DNA from: Halocafeteria seosinensis
Lineage: Eukaryota
Direction of reading: 5' to 3'
Assembly (NCBI GenBank): GCA_001687465.1
Contig: LVLI01000305.1
Span: 186,001 to 219,390, forward strand
Length of the DNA stretch: 33,390 nucleotides
This document shows, piece after piece, positions 10,136 to 22,799 of the stretch. A model generated the notes under the pieces. It saw nothing but the letters and a program-made list of their open reading frames with translations. It ran no database searches and was not told the DNA's origin. The position numbers and the translations under genes were made by a program. Position 1 is the first letter of the stretch. Each line of letters opens with the position of its first letter.

Positions 10136-12668
10136 TCACGCGTCAATGTCTAGTTCGTTTTCATCCGTCGCTGCAGCCGAAGCTTGCTTCTTGTTATCCG
10201 GCTCTTCGCTGTGATCAGATTCTTCAGCTTTACGCTTCGATCCAACTGATTGCTGCTGGCTATCGGCAGCACCGCCATTATGGGACGCACCATCTCCTGA
10301 CGCTGCGTTCATTTTACCCTTTTTCCACATTTGGGCCATCTGTAAAATCTTCATACTTCCAGCGGCTTTATTCTCTTCAGGGAAAACATAGTCATAATAC
10401 TCTTCCCATCCTGCAGGAGTAACACCGTCAGAGGAATATACCTGACGTTTCCGCTTCACACGTTTGGGCATCTGGTCAGTGACTTCTTTGACCCTATCAG
10501 AGTTGCCTGCTCCAAGAGACAATTCAAACTTTCGCCAAGATTCTAGTAACATTACACGCTGCTCTTTAAGGTCCAGGACCCAGTCATCATTCGACTGTCC
10601 AGCAGAGCTTTGAGCGCTGACGGTGGACGGGGTAGCTTGGTTCCTCATTGCCTCATTTTCAGATTCGCTCTTGGCTGTCTTAATAGCTTGCTGGAAGTAC
10701 TCGTTACCGCGGCGGTACACTTCTCGAGCAGCATCATTGTCTTCGACGTGATCTGCTTCAAAATTGGCATACGACGTCCACACCTTAACATGCTTGCTTC
10801 GATCTAACAGTCTTTCATAAAGATTACGGACGCGTTTCCATTCCTGTTGCATTATCTCAAAGTCAATATAGTTCTTCCATAGAAGCTCAGGAACTTCAAG
10901 GGCCTCCTGACTAACACCAAGCTCATAGATAGCACGAGCTCGTTCTGTTTCTCCTACGGCGGACTCCAAATCGGCAAACTGCACATACACCAATACATCA
11001 TCATTGAAGCATACAATATAATTGGAACTGCTTACCGTAGTAAACACAACGTACCTTTGACCATGCGTGACTCTTTTGAGGAAAGATCTGTATGTACTTC
11101 TCGTAGAGTTTCCGACATCTGTCTATCTCGCCAAGTTGGTACTCTATATCAATATACTTCTTGATAACTTTTTCCCTTGGCGCTACAGCTAAGCTCTTGC
11201 CAAACACCCTACGGGCTAGCTGTAGATTTTTCCGACGAATTGCAAACTGAGCCGCGAGGATCCACACTTTACTAAATGTGAATTTTTCATGGGGAATTAC
11301 TTTGATCATCTGATCATATACTTGTTGACATCTTTCATAGTCTTTGGCATTTAACTCCTCATAAACGGCGTAGTTGATCCACAAGTATATGTATCGCTTC
11401 CAATATCGCTTTTCTTCCACCGGCGGCAAATTCGCCACAGCGCGCTCATAGATCTCCCTGACACGGGTAGGGTTGTTACCGCCTTCCCCCTCTTCCAACC
11501 GTATATAGTCAAACCATGTATCATAGTTTAGAGGATCCTCAGAGATCGCTAGTTCATATTGTTCCCGTCGTTTGCGGACTACCACATCTTCAACATCTTC
11601 TCGTTCACCATGCTTCTTCTCGAACGCAACGTAAGCCTTATAAAGCTCACCAGAAGCATCATTCGGTAGAACATCGAGTCCCTGTTTGTAAATAGCACGC
11701 GCTCTTTCAAATTCTCGAGATCGTTCTTCGAAACTGGCAAAAGCAAGGAAAAGCTCCTCGTCTACGCCGTCGTCACCAAGTTCGTCAACTGCACGCTCGT
11801 ACACTCGTCGCGCAAGAGCAAGTTGTCCTTGTCTCTCTTCCCACCTGCTGTATCGGAGAAATGCAGTTACGGTGCTGTGACAAGCAACATAGCGCTCGTA
11901 GATTTTGCGTGCTCGCGCAACTTCCCCTTGCCTCATTTCTAGTTTTGCGTAGGAAAGCCAGGCCTGGTCATCTGGATGCCACTGCATCCATCTTTCAAAC
12001 ACTTGCCTAGCATTGTTTATGTTCCCAACCATTTCCTCCATATAAGTATATTTGTACCAGAATTGATCAACGCGGGGTAACAATGTAACCACTCTGTCGA
12101 AAACATTCCGAGCGCGGTTGATAAACTTGTTGCGCATTTCCATCTGCCAACCCATACACGAGCCCAAAACGTTACAATGCATACTTTCCAAAACCGATCA
12201 CTTCTGCAATAACAACATACCTGCACATATTTGAGCCACGTCTTGGTTTCTGTGTAGTCCACGTTGAGAGCTCGTTCGTAGATGCTACGTGCTCGTTCAA
12301 TTTCATACTGTGACTCTTCCCATTGGGCGTACTGGATGTATGTTCCCACATGACCACTTCGCATGCGAATTTTGTCTTCGAATTCCTTTCTTCGTTTCGT
12401 ACGGAACTCTGCCAGCTCCTCTGTATCCATCACATGTTGCTGAGGAGGTTTAGCAGGTTGCTCCTGGTGGGCTCGCGCCTCCACCAGGATCTGCTCTGCT
12501 GTCACTTGCACATCGGCGGCAGCACGATTCTTCACCTGTGAACCAAAGAAACAAAAGCGGTTCTTTTATACTTGCAAACAAGGTCCAGATGAGATAAACA
12601 AGGGTCTTTGTGGATACCTTTGATTTTCGGCCAGCAAGGGCCTGTTGGTTCGCCTGCATGGGGTCCAT
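10136..12668 (-). CDS. CRNKL1: Crooked neck / Clf1 / Syf3 HAT-repeat splicing factor
   Basis: Exons 12668-12618, 12535-12221, 12143-11055, 10978-10136. VKNRAAADVQVTAEQIL, RRKEFED, many HAT repeats, EKRYWKRYIYLWINYA, WEEYYDYVFPE..MKILQMAQMWKK. Confidence 0.96.
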
Positions 12669-13052
12669 TTTTGCTTTCTCCCTCTCCAAAGGGACAAATC
12701 TGCGTTCCACAAGATAGACAGCACACTATGGCTTATTTGCATGCACAAAACCTTCCCAAAACAGCGACAGTGACGCGCTTAAAAGCCTGCCTCTCTCTCT
12801 CTATGTCGAAACCCGGAGAAAAGTTTGTCGTCTTCTGATGATTTTGGTCGGCTGCAGCTGCGGAAGTTCAGTTACTGGATTATTCATTCAGTGCATACAA
12901 CACGTATTGAGCAGAGTATCATTTAGTCACATTGACTTAGATCCAGTCTTCTGACGCCTGTACACGACGGTATTGTCTGGCTTACTCCAGAGGGAAATAT
13001 ATATTCCGAAGGCCTTGTGCGGTATATTAAGGGATATTATCCACCGTACGGT

Positions 13053-15486
13053 ATGTCCGGACCATTGGAACCAAAGGTTGAGTTTGAGATCGCCAAGGCT
13101 ATCCAGCGCATCCGCCAGAATGATACCGAATACTCTGATACAATGGGCGATCTCGCCAACAAACAGTTGGGAGACCAAGATGCCCGAGATGTCGCCCAGG
13201 CTTTAGAGGAGAATATCACATTAACTGCAGTTGATTTATGGAACAATAAGATAACTGATTTGGGTGCACAATATTTGGCAGACGCTTTACGCAAGAATGC
13301 AACGCTCACTAAGTTCCATTTAGGATGGAATGAAATTGGTGACACAGGTGCCCAGGCGATTGCAAATGCTTTGCGAGAGAACTCAACCCTCACTGACATT
13401 AGTCTGATTGGAAACCGCATTGGGGATGCCGGTGCTCAATCTTTGGCCGATGCTTTGTGTGTAAATTCAACGCTTACAGGGATCGGCTTACGGAAGAATG
13501 AAATCGGGGACGCAGGTGCTCAATATTTTGCAGAGGCGCTTCGCGTTAATACAACTCTGTCTGGGATTGCTTTAGACAACAACCAAATCACCGATATTGG
13601 GGCTCAATCCTTGATCGAAGCTTTGCGTGTGAATACGACAGTTACGCGTTTCGACATCGGAAGAAATCCTATCTGTGATGGGTCTCTAGAGGGAGGAATC
13701 CACAAGTTGGTGGTTACAAGAAACAGGGTACGAGATCGTGCTGCCTCTTTTATGCACCGCACCACTATCCTAAAGCTATCCTTGTACCGCAAATCTATTT
13801 TTTGCGTGCAGAAGAATCCGAGACGCGCCAGACGAGAAGCTGCAAAGTTCAGAAGATCGGCAGACAAAGCAAAGGCGACCGGCGTCGCAGGTCTAGCTAC
13901 ACCACCTGTTGCATCGCACTTGCCGCAGCACCAGAGCATCGTGCTCACAGAAGAAGAAGTTGAAGAACTTCGCACTCGCGTGCTGCCATTTACAGATGCG
14001 GCAGTTCACCGACATGAAATACCCACACTTTTGAAGCAAGAGGACGAAAGCAAAATTCTGCAGTATATTCACAGCGACGTCAAACTGCGCTCGTTTTATG
14101 GGTCACTAAATTCCATTGTATATGACTACTTTATCGCGGCCATGAGTATACGGACAGGGCAAGTCGCGTTGGACACAAGCAGCAAGAAGAAATCGATGGT
14201 CACCTCGTTGCTGAGTGCTTTATTGCAAGGTTTCCCTCTTGTAAGTCAGCTCAGCAGTGCCATGAACTCTGTGGTAAAAATGTTTGTTGGCTTGGACATT
14301 GCTCGCGCGATGGTAAATCTCTTGTCAGTGGCGCCCACACATACTGATATTATGCAATTAGTTGAGTACGTGACCAGAACAATCACACTTGCATTGAAGG
14401 ACAAGATTTACGTACTGGATTCGCGGAAAGAACCAGGAGGAATTTGGCGGCAAATTCGAGACCGCATCATGGTAACTACTCCTAAGAACGTATACGAAGA
14501 AGAAGGGGCTATTTGTGGAATGGCGATCGTTAAACTATGCATGAAAGGTGACATAAGTAAAGATAGGTTCACGGCAGCGGATCTCTTAGTGGCATTGCAA
14601 TATGATCGGGATGCAATCAGTAGTGCGTTGAGGAGGTATCGAGCTGAAGCCTTGAGCTCTGATGCAGTGGAAAAAGAATATTCCGATAATGTAACGTTCG
14701 CTTACACTTCCTCGGACAAGTCCAAAGAAGGAGCTAGTGCACGACTCGACCACCTTGAGCGTGAAGTTCATTCTGCTGAAAAGGGAGTTACCCTCGAGAG
14801 CCAGGAAGATATCAAGAGAGAAATTGAGGTTCTACGGATGGAGGTTCAAGGAGCGAAAATGGAGGCTACAACTGCGAAGAAAATTGCCGAGCAGAATCAA
14901 AAATCAAACCATCACGTCGATACTGGTGGTGGGAGTAGTGCGCAACAACAGTTGCCATCGCCAAATGCATTGCGAGGTAGTTCTTCCCGGGATGAAGTGG
15001 AACAACTGGAAGCTCGCATAGAAAAGCTTTCAGCCAGAATGAATGAAGTGTCGGAAACAGTAGCGGATAACAAGGAAGCTCGTGAAAAACTGGAGAAAGA
15101 AGAGGATAGAAACCGGCGAAACGTGCCGTCCGTAAGCTCGCAAGGTAGGAGCTCTTCCGACTTATTCGAAGCATACGACTTTCCGTTCGATTTAGCGGTT
15201 CGCACCGTAAAACACATTATTGATGAGCACATTGGGACTGACAAAAGTCACAGGTACTCTTGCTATCCGGCGATGTGTAGTCGCATATTTCAGAAGAAGG
15301 TATCAATTTCAAAGAGGTTAAAAGGGGAGTGTTGCGATAATCCGGCTACGCTCCAGGGAATCCAAATTCTAACTTTTTTTTAGGAACGAGGTGGCTTTGT
15401 CTAATGTAGACCTACGCCTCATTATTGAGAAATTCGAACAGGCGCTGTTTCATCAGCTGAAGCGTTCTGTGCATGAGCATGCTTAA
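13053..15486 (+). CDS. RNI-like (NLRC3-type) leucine-rich repeat protein with C-terminal coiled coil
   Basis: About six 28-aa repeats (LxxNxIGDxGAQxLAxALxxNxTLT). Probable introns 13728-13811 (in frame) and 15254-15383; last exon ends VHEHA*. Start ATG 13053 assumed. Confidence 0.8.
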
Positions 15487-16463
15487 GGAGAATCCAAAGA
15501 CCCTCCACCATTATGCCTTACTCTACAAACATAGGTTTGGTCGCTGAAAATGTTCGGTCCAGGAGTAGAGGTCAGCCCACTGGATTTGGATTTACTGGTA
15601 TATCGCTTCCAGTTGCACCCGAGATTAGCAACCCAGCATGATGTTCTCTCGCTGACAGAAGTTTCGGGAACTGATGATGGCCAAACCGTCTGCCAGGTTG
15701 ATATGCCACAACATGAAGATGCTGGAGCGGTTTCGAGTAGAGTTGAATCCCTACATGGCTTTGCGTAGGACGTAGACTAGACTTCACTTGGTGTTGGACA
15801 ATAGACAATGGAGTGCAGTGGGCCACAAGTTGGTGAATCATTCGGTCAATGGTATTTGTCAACCTCAACAGATCCTATCGCATTTTTTTCCGTGTCTTTG
15901 TCGGTAACAACGGACGGATTTCGATAGTGACTGGATTACTTCCATTCCAGAACCTTGCTCCGTTCGCTCAGCGCTCAGATTCTCAGAACTTCGCTGTGGC
16001 CAACTTCAACAGGGGAGCTGCCAAAAAAAAAAGCAGCTGAAGCCAGCGAGTCGAGTTCTATCCGAACACGTAGATGGCTTTGTTACAGGAAACATATATT
16101 GTACCAGGAATACATTCAAGCTCTAACGCTGTCACTGAACCCTTAGGTCTACTGTTATTTCAGGTATGTTCTGTGTGGCTACCAACATGGTTGGCGGGAA
16201 AAACCCTTCTGTGGTCGCTAAAGTCCGAGTCAAGGGGGACTGGCAGAGGGCTCGAAAACGACAAAAAAGGGAGCATCGGATATGCTGGACCGGAGAAATT
16301 CATTACCACAGGTGTTCCCCGATTGTATACGCTGTCCCTCGCCCTTTTTGTGGCAAAGTCGGAACAAAGATCCATTTTCGTTGACTCTTCACTGACCCCG
16401 GTATCTTTGCATTGCTTTCTCTGCAGTGACTATTTTGGCCCCTTGGAACCGAGAAAAAACACC

Positions 16464-17657
16464 ATGAGCAGTAGCCGAGAAAACGAACACTTCCACGAAC
16501 GCACCCAGTGCATCGTCGCTGGAGAAAGCCCACACTACTGGGAGAACTTGGCCGAGCCACCCATTTCTCTGGGGGTGACGTACTGCTACGACGACCCCAA
16601 TGAGCTGGAGGAGGTAGCCCTCAACAAACGCAAGGGGCATGTGTACTCCAGAAACACCAACCCGGTCACGCGTATTGTGGAAAACAAACTCGCGCAATTG
16701 GAGCATGGAGAGGAGTGCGTTGCGTTTTCCACCGGAATGGCTGCAATCAGCAATTCGCTCCATACCTTTTTGGAGCCTGGAGACCGCGTTGTGTCTATCC
16801 GCCATACTTACGGAGGTACTTCCCAACTGTTTTTGAATTTTTTCCCTAAGTACAACGTCGAGTGCGTGCTCTGCGAAACGGAAGACTACGAACAATTGGA
16901 AGCCGAAGCTAGGAAGGGATGCAAGATCTTGTACATTGAATCGCCCACTAATCCTACCCTGAGAGTAGTCGACATCGCTAGAATGGCTAAGGTGGCCAAA
17001 GAAGTAGGAGCCTATCTATTCGTTGACAACACTTTCGCAACTCCCATCAACCAAAACCCTATTGTCCTGGGAGCGGATATTGTGTTGCACAGTGCCACCA
17101 AGTATCTCAATGGGCACGGAGATGCTCTTGCCGGCTTTGTTGTTGGCAGAAAGGATTTGGTTGACCAAATCTATCACTACCGTGAAATCACTGGGGCAAC
17201 CATTTCTCCATTCAACGCATACATGGTGTTACGAGGGATAAAAACTCTCTCTCTTCGTGTGAAACAGCACAACAAGAACGCGATGGAAATCGCCAAGTAT
17301 CTGAAGAAACACCCGAAGGTCACTGAAGTGTTCTACCCTGGGTTGGAAGACCACAAGCATCACGACATCGCCAAGAAACAATCAAAAGACGGATATGGTG
17401 GCATGCTGAGTTTCACCCTGAAAGGAGACAATGTTGACGATGTGAAGGCGTTTTTGCGAAAGATGAAAGTTGCCAGAGTGGCGGCGTCCCTTGGGCACGT
17501 TGACTCACTAGTGGGCCCACCTGCATTGACAAGCCATGTTGAATGCACAAAGGAAGAACGTGCAAACTTGGGGATATCTGAAGGCTTAGTACGTTACAGT
17601 ACTGGCATTGAGGACCACACAGACCTGATTGCCGACCTAGAGGCTGCCTTGCAGTAA
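16464..17657 (+). CDS. Cys/Met metabolism PLP-dependent enzyme (cystathionine gamma-synthase/lyase, methionine gamma-lyase family)
   Basis: Intronless 397-aa ORF from ACCATG. YSRNTNP, FSTGMAAIS, YGGT, ESPTNPTL, VDNTFATP, GADIVLHSATKYLNGHGD (PLP lysine), GGMLSF, ASLG, RYSTGIEDHTDLIADL. Confidence 0.93.
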   Translation: MSSSRENEHFHERTQCIVAGESPHYWENLAEPPISLGVTYCYDDPNELEEVALNKRKGHVYSRNTNPVTRIVENKLAQLEHGEECVAFSTGMAAISNSLHTFLEPGDRVVSIRHTYGGTSQLFLNFFPKYNVECVLCETEDYEQLEAEARKGCKILYIESPTNPTLRVVDIARMAKVAKEVGAYLFVDNTFATPINQNPIVLGADIVLHSATKYLNGHGDALAGFVVGRKDLVDQIYHYREITGATISPFNAYMVLRGIKTLSLRVKQHNKNAMEIAKYLKKHPKVTEVFYPGLEDHKHHDIAKKQSKDGYGGMLSFTLKGDNVDDVKAFLRKMKVARVAASLGHVDSLVGPPALTSHVECTKEERANLGISEGLVRYSTGIEDHTDLIADLEAALQ

Positions 17658-17793
17658 ATGATTACTGTAAATCAGCGTGTAGTTTTAGTGTCTCGTTCCA
17701 AACAACAGACAACTGCGCATTACATGTCTCAGTGGCATGCAGGCTCTGAAATTCGTACGTCCTTCTACCTATACAGTTCCCCCTTCTTGCTGC

Positions 17794-19287
17794 CTATGTC
17801 GTGAAGAAGCGTTCCATGTTGTCCGGTGCTACTTTTGCACTAGTCCTTTCACTCAGTTCATTGTGTTCACCAAACCTTCCTATGGCTACCATGTGATTAA
17901 ATCCTGCTCGTAGGTCATGCGCTTGGAATCCTCCTCGAACGAAGGGAATAACTGGTTCTGGAGTCCTTCTCCAGCCCCACCTCCAAACGGAGCCGTCATC
18001 ACAAATCGCATACGTGTGGTGAATACCCGCTCGAATCTTCACTACATGTAAACCATACTGCTCCCAGGGCTTCCTTTTCACGGGAACTGGTTGGGACAAG
18101 TAGTCCTGCTCAGACATTAAGGAGGAATCAATATCAAAGTTGTCCATGTCCTCATTAGGATTTACAGGAGTCGTATCGTATTGTATGCCTCGACCGCGGA
18201 ATCCTAGCATCCATATCGTGTTTTCAGTATCCAAAAATGCAGTATGGGACTGCCCGCAAGCCACCGATTCAAGTTCTACGCCTGATGGTAGCTCTACGTG
18301 ACGGGGAAACCATTGATCGTAGGCGAAGCGTTCGCCTCGCCCAGGAATGGGTTCTACGCTGCGCATTCTGCCCCAAACAAAACCAGCACCATCGGACGTA
18401 ACCGCAGCGGCATGGCTAAAGCCGCAACTGACGTCCGTCCATATTGTCCCTTCCAGTTCCCCTTGCTTCCCGGTGATTTCAACAGGGGCTTTGTATGTTT
18501 CGTTGTCTGCCTGGCCCAGCTGTCCTCTTCCCCCTTTTCCCCAAGACCACAACTTCCCGGCTTCTGTCAGGGCAACACCGAATTGAAAGCCTAAGCTGAG
18601 GTCCACAAATGCATCCATCTCATAGTCTTCTGAGTGCTCCGCTGTAGCCGACCGGATAGCAGGCTCCACTTCCTGCAGGTCATACTCAGAGGTGCTTATC
18701 TTCCCAGCCCCCAGTTGGCCATGCATGTTTGCGCCGAGTGTGAATATGCGTCCATCATCGGTGAGTGCCGCTGTGAGATCTCCGGGAGAGCAAACCGTCT
18801 TGGTAAAGACGATGTCTTCTGTGTTGCCTTCTTCGTTTGCGTCTGCCCCAGTAGTGGTATTGTTGACTGGTGAGACCAAGAGCGGTTCGAACTCCATTCT
18901 GACAATGTACTTGTTGACAAAGTTCCAGGAATGCACCATTGCTTGGATTCCCTGATACGAGCGAATATGGCGGATGGTATTCCTGTAGTCGTGCGTCCTC
19001 CCACAGACATACAAGAGGCCATCTTCATCGACAAACGCCGAGTGTCCCCACCCAGCACTTGCACTGATAATGTTCATATCCTGTAAACGAGGGACCACTT
19101 CCGGTTCCAAGATGTCGCGGTGGTGTGGCATGCCCATCGCTCCAATGTACCCTTTGCCCATTACACACACTTGGCTACCACTGCGCTCCGGGGCGTCGCT
19201 GGAAGAGAATGTCCTTGCGAGCATTTTGGCATGGCTAAAGAGCTGCCAGGAACGCGGACATGTGCCATAGTACCGTCTGAGTAGCAT
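17794..19287 (-). CDS. RCC1-repeat beta-propeller protein, probably mitochondrial (RCC1L-like)
   Basis: Repeats SAGWGHSAFVDEDGLLYVCGR, GANMHGQLG, WGKGGRGQLG, SCGFSHAAAVT, ACGQSHTAFL, RAGIHHT. Arg/Ser-rich N-terminus with no acidic residues resembles a presequence. Confidence 0.85.
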   Translation of the reverse strand: MLLRRYYGTCPRSWQLFSHAKMLARTFSSSDAPERSGSQVCVMGKGYIGAMGMPHHRDILEPEVVPRLQDMNIISASAGWGHSAFVDEDGLLYVCGRTHDYRNTIRHIRSYQGIQAMVHSWNFVNKYIVRMEFEPLLVSPVNNTTTGADANEEGNTEDIVFTKTVCSPGDLTAALTDDGRIFTLGANMHGQLGAGKISTSEYDLQEVEPAIRSATAEHSEDYEMDAFVDLSLGFQFGVALTEAGKLWSWGKGGRGQLGQADNETYKAPVEITGKQGELEGTIWTDVSCGFSHAAAVTSDGAGFVWGRMRSVEPIPGRGERFAYDQWFPRHVELPSGVELESVACGQSHTAFLDTENTIWMLGFRGRGIQYDTTPVNPNEDMDNFDIDSSLMSEQDYLSQPVPVKRKPWEQYGLHVVKIRAGIHHTYAICDDGSVWRWGWRRTPEPVIPFVRGGFQAHDLRAGFNHMVAIGRFGEHNELSERTSAKVAPDNMERFFTT

Positions 19288-19539
19288 TATGTACGTATAA
19301 AAACAAAAATGAAATCTAACGTTATATTCCCTATACTTCCCCACCCAACACACAGAAATCACGCACTACCAACAAGTGTTGAATGACTCTGGGGCAACCC
19401 AGCTTCACACCGGCAAACATAGCGTCGTACTAACCACGAAGAGAACAAGAGCAGAGATGGAAGGACACAATGCTGTCTATTCTGGTTTTCCTTTTCATAT
19501 CAGAAACTGACAGAGAAACAACAACAGAAGGAAACACAC

Positions 19540-20402
19540 TCAATCTGCTTCAAACATTAGACCATCGTCTGATTCAGATTCAGACTCGGAACCTTTTCCT
19601 TCGGATAAGTTGAAACCCATTTTCTTGCGCGGTTCCTCCTCTTGTATTGATAGACCTTGTAGACCCGTGGCGAACTGTGAGTCCCTGTTCCGCGAGGAAG
19701 AGAGAGAATCTGTGTGAAATGAGCGGTCTGCGGTGGTCGATGCCTGGGTGCCTGGGGTCCGTCCGTAGGATTTCATAGATTGCATCACAGACAGAACGGG
19801 AGATGAGGAGAGCTGTTCGTCAGTTGCATCATTTTCATGCAATGAACTGACTCTGCAAACCAAAGGTTGGCTCAGCCGAGGATTGCATACATTGAATATG
19901 CGTGCATTTTGTTTCATCAGAGACTTACCGTTGTCTTGGCTGCTCATGCATCGCAGATCTAGCCGGGGCTGATGCAGCTACGGGCCCTCGCCTTTGTTGC
20001 TGATGGGACTCTTCCTGTGATTTAAGCACCATGACATTTAAAAAATGGCGACACATAATGAGATCGCCAGCATCAAATACTTACGAATATTGAGCTCGCT
20101 TGAGGGCTCTGTTCAGGGAGGGAGAGTTCTGGCATATCTGTGTTCATCTTTGGAGGTGGTAAGCTACCGATCACTGGCGCAGCTGGGGGTAGGCTCTGAG
20201 CTACTGGCCCGCCACCTTGGCCTCCTTGTCTTCCGTATTCTCGTAAATGAAGTTTCCTATGATTCACTATTGCTTCCCTATGGCCGATATTGCTGTCCAT
20301 ATCATCCGTTGTCTGATAAATTTGTCTGCTGTCAAATTTACCATGTTTGCCACGGGGCATTGCGATAGCCCTGGGCTGAGATTCTCGGTGCTGCTGTGAC
20401 AT
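19540..20402 (-). CDS. Hypothetical low-complexity protein, 3 exons
   Basis: Exons 20402-20085, 20014-19929, 19852-19540 join in frame through two GTAAGT..CAG introns; ends DDGLMFEAD*. Confidence 0.7.
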
Positions 20403-21291
20403 TGTCCGTTCAGCTGACGTAAGCAAAACACGGAACGTAAGAGAGGGTAAACCGCAGCATAGTGACATAAGCGCAAACGTAACCTATATGAATAAGGTCA
20501 AGCACTCAGGGGGGGAGAGCGAACTGCATTCATCCCTTCTGATAACAATCTCCACTACGGTCGAAATTTGGAAGTCTCTCGGCCCACGTTCACTCTCACC
20601 AATACACCATATTCGGGGGAAATACAACGTGGCATGGGCTATGACTCATGGTACTTACTTTAGTCACAAAGGCAACGCTTGCTCTACTATCCGTATGAAG
20701 GGTATCTATCGCTTTGATTCAGCGGTGGGCGGCTGCACTTTTTCTCTTTTTGATCTACTCAGAGGTGCAATACCAGCTCCATATCCACTACCCGCGAACA
20801 AAGTACGTTCGTCAATGAACTTGCCTTGTTGGTCGGAAACGTGCGTGTTTGTGTGAATGGATGAACTGCGTATACGTCGCTCTCGCTCTGTGGCTACGGA
20901 GGGGAAAAGAACGCACGCCTAATATACACTGTCTGTCTCTTTCTCTCTCCCGTTTGCTGCTTTTACGATCGCTCCTCTTGTCTACGTTCCGGGCAATAAC
21001 TACCGTCTGGAATGTACTAGGTTTGCAAATACGTTGAGCACAAGTGCAGCAGCTGACGCACGCTTCCAAGGACACCTTAGCTTCGCGGCCGGCCGGGACG
21101 TAAAATCCTTGAAGTCTCTCACTTTCCGCCAACGCCGTTCGGGTGGTTCGGGGCATACCGGACCGGAGACGAACCCGAACTCTGGTTGAAGTGGGATGAT
21201 GGGTTGACCCAAAGCTACCCAGCAGCACGAGGAGTGATTGATTGTAAATAGATGTGAGTGGTGGAGTTCAGAGAGTGGAAGTTTCGGGATA

Positions 21292-22700
21292 ATGTCGTCG
21301 ACAGTTTCCGCGCAACATCAGCAGCACGACCATGGGAAAGATGGGTTTCTGCTTCCTCATGGACCTCTTGATACACAGCAAGATGACCTCGATACACGAC
21401 TGAACAAGCATGCTGAATACTTTGATATGATGGTAGATCTTATCCCACCAGAGTTTTATATTCACCGAGAGACTCCCGAGGACGACAATGCTTGGAAACG
21501 GTACAAAAAGGTAAGCACTATTTCACATTGCTCTAGTTGGTGTCACTCGACTCGCGATTTCCCATGTATGCGGGTGTTGCAGGGGTCAGCGAAGCATACT
21601 GCGCCCAAACAGCAGATTAAAGAAAATACCAAAAAGGCAAAGAAATTGAAGTATTCAGAGTCGGGCGAAAAAACAACCACAGATATTCAGAAGGAATTAC
21701 GACAAGAGGATGAAAAGGAGAGGCAACAGGTACTACAGCAACAAAACAACGATAAGAAGTCAAAGACGGCAACATCATCTAGCCAAGGATCCAAAGCAAA
21801 GTCTCTTGAAGAACTACGTGAAAGGCTAAGGGCCAAAATTGCAGAAAGGAAGCAGCAACGTGGGGCGCAGTCGAATCCAACCAGAGAGAGTGGCAAAAAG
21901 AGAAAGGCGTCACAGTCATACGAGAATGCACGACCATCTAAGAGCTCGATGAAAGGAAAATCACAAAATACAGATGCTTTTGGAGATTTAAACAAATCTA
22001 ACTCGGGAACAGATACTAGCCGGGAAGCAGTGCGGCATCTGCAAGAGAGTTTAAGTTACGGTGTTTTCAAAGTGGGAGACGAGAAGAAAGCGGAAGCAGT
22101 GTCCGCAGCACTAGGCAAGAAGGGCTCTCAAGGGAAGAATAAGAAAAATTTGAAATCGCTACTAGCGAAGGCAGAGCAGAATCAAAAGAAACTCCAACAA
22201 GCGACTGAGGAGAAGAAGGATGCTGAGTGGGATGCCGCAATGAAGCGAGCTGAGGTAGGTCTTCGTGCCCACTGAATGCTGGGCTTACTCTATTCATGTC
22301 TCTTACTCGTTCGCAGGGAGAAAAAGTGTTGGATGATCCGAAGTTGTTGAAGAAGACATTGAAACGAAAGCAGAAGGCTAAGCAGAAAAGCCGAAAACAA
22401 TGGTATGACTGCGACCCATGTTTGACGGTCGGAACACTGCCGTCTCTATTTTTTGTTGTCTCATTTGGTGAATACAGGGAAGAAAGGAAAGAGCTAACAG
22501 AACAAAAGAAGAAAGCGAAACAGGAAAAACGACAAACTAACCTGCAACAACGCAAGACTAAAGGAGGGAAGAATACACAGGTAAGACAATCCCCCAGCTG
22601 TAGGCTTGCATAAACTAATAAACTCGAGTCCTTTCCCCGATTATCGCAGAATCTTCGTGCGGGGTTTGAAGGAACTAATACGAAGATACTCAATAAATAG
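21292..22700 (+). CDS. SURF6: Surfeit locus protein 6 / Rrp14 ribosome biogenesis factor
   Basis: Introns 21511-21582, 22255-22316, 22403-22477, 22581-22649. RLNKHAEYFDMMVDLIPPEFY (RRP14 N-domain), WDAAMKRAEGEKVLDDPKLLKKTLKRK..SRKQW, RAGFEG. Confidence 0.93.
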
Positions 22701-22799
22701 CCACTATCGTTTGACAACTAGCTACGATGCCTTGATCATCGTCACTGCTAACTCCATTTGCATTGTAATGTCTCGAAGGAAAAACCTCGAAATATACCT

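Noticed and set aside
12536..12617. U12-type intron in CRNKL1 (donor GTATCCAC)
   Set aside because: Lacks TT at +7/+8 and a CCTTAAC branch; has an ordinary pyrimidine tract.
15490..16400. Possible minus-strand gene between the LRR gene and the PLP enzyme
   Set aside because: Only short open frames; no recognisable motif or consistent splice model.
16074..16463. 130-aa N-terminal extension of the PLP enzyme in the ORF track
   Set aside because: Family similarity begins after ATG 16464, which has good context; the extension looks like open UTR or promoter sequence.
20812..21230. RNase P/MRP or SRP-like RNA, or the short ORFs, in this GC-rich intergenic stretch
   Set aside because: Conserved motifs absent; more simply a bidirectional promoter and 5' UTR (a donor-like site lies at 20658).
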